Shown: positions 40,921-41,172 of the stretch, piece after piece
Layout: every line of letters begins with the position of its first letter
How positions within the stretch are numbered: the first letter of the stretch is position 1
Source of the DNA: a virus
DNA length: 41,172 nucleotides
Strand: one strand, 5' to 3'
IMG/VR virus record: IMGVR_UViG_3300045988_010662
Location: 1 to 41,172 of that record
Translations under genes and position numbers: made by a program
The notes under the pieces: generated by a model
The model's input: only the letters and a program-made list of their open reading frames with translations
Databases searched by the model: none
What the model was told of the DNA's origin: nothing

Positions 40921-41172
40921 ATGTTAATTAGTAAGTTGGTACAAATTATCAAAGAACACTACAAACTAGTCGTAGCGATTGTCCTATGCGTTTTTGTCGC
41001 TATTGTAGGTGTAGTGATATATCATTACAAACATAAGCAATTAGAAAAGCCTGTTGTAATTACACAACAACAAGCTAAATCACCTGTAGAGTTATCAAAA
41101 GCAATTCATGTTACAGAACAACAAGCACAAGAAGTTATTTCCATTAAGGAAAGAACTCAACCAGTAGCGACT
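40921..41172 (+). CDS. 5' part of the wrap-around ORF: signal-anchored protein downstream of the endolysin
   Basis: GAGGTG RBS 7 nt upstream of the start. N-terminal TM VVAIVLCVFVAIVGVVIY. The ORF has no stop before the window end and continues in frame at position 2. Confidence 0.7.
   Translation, partial: MLISKLVQIIKEHYKLVVAIVLCVFVAIVGVVIYHYKHKQLEKPVVITQQQAKSPVELSKAIHVTEQQAQEVISIKERTQPVAT
41118..41172. repeat. Terminal direct repeat, copy 2
   Basis: Exact 55-nt match to bases 1-55, so the window closes on itself. Confidence 0.95.

Noticed and set aside
1-41172. tRNA, tmRNA and rRNA genes and CRISPR arrays
   Set aside because: I recognised no cloverleaf-like T-arm consensus (GGTTCGAATCC type), no rRNA-like sequence and no repeat-spacer periodicity by eye. 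tRNAscan-SE/ARAGORN should confirm.
40921-41172. Embedded o-spanin (lipoprotein) ORF within or after the wrap-around gene
   Set aside because: I found no L-x-(G/A/S)-C lipobox. AIVLC in the TM helix has Leu at position -1, which is non-canonical. The spanin idea therefore remains unsupported.

Overview
The window is a complete, self-closing genome of a temperate phage. Bases 1-55 are identical to 41118-41172, leaving 41,117 nt of unique sequence. Gene families and Shine-Dalgarno usage point to a low-GC Bacillota-type host; this is an inference, not a database result. I recognised no bacterial flanks, tRNA genes or CRISPR array.

Layout:
- Minus-strand lysogeny module (739-2760): tyrosine integrase, ImmA-like HExxH protease, small membrane protein and XRE repressor. 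An attP-like region carrying four TCGTCAAAAA boxes lies next to int.
- Divergent-promoter switch with three CTACACT-N3-AGTGTAG operators (2838-3136).
- Plus-strand early region: Cro-like protein, Gp157, ERF annealase, HNH, replisome organizer with internal iterons, G39P-like loader, SSB, acidic small proteins, SPFH-like protein, a C5-methyltransferase split by a G8 tract, two PD-(D/E)xK nucleases and dUTPase.
- ArpU/RinA-like late regulator, followed by a 729-nt structured non-coding gap.
- Late operon with T7/BPP-1-like podovirus order: TerS, TerL, portal, scaffold, capsid, gp11/gp12-like tail tube, then gp13/14/15/16-like internal proteins and a tailspike.
- Lysis cassette: holin, small membrane protein, M15 peptidase, and a membrane-anchored ORF that crosses the window junction.

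Most interesting observations:
1. The gp16-slot ejection protein is 2,723 aa. It carries a PARP-like ADP-ribosyltransferase signature (WHGS ... GLYFAKKKSVSRNY) next to an HEMGH zincin module, suggesting a virion-delivered polyvalent effector.
2. The 1,246-aa tailspike embeds a ComEC-like metallo-beta-lactamase domain (HYHNDH ... GD ... NHHG) between glycanase-type modules.
3. The 729-nt gap runs from a promoter to a terminator and is hairpin-rich. It is a candidate large ncRNA or antitermination leader.
4. The G8 homopolymer splits the phage methyltransferase, so it may be phase-variable.

All functional calls rest on motifs read by eye, gene size and synteny. No searches were run.
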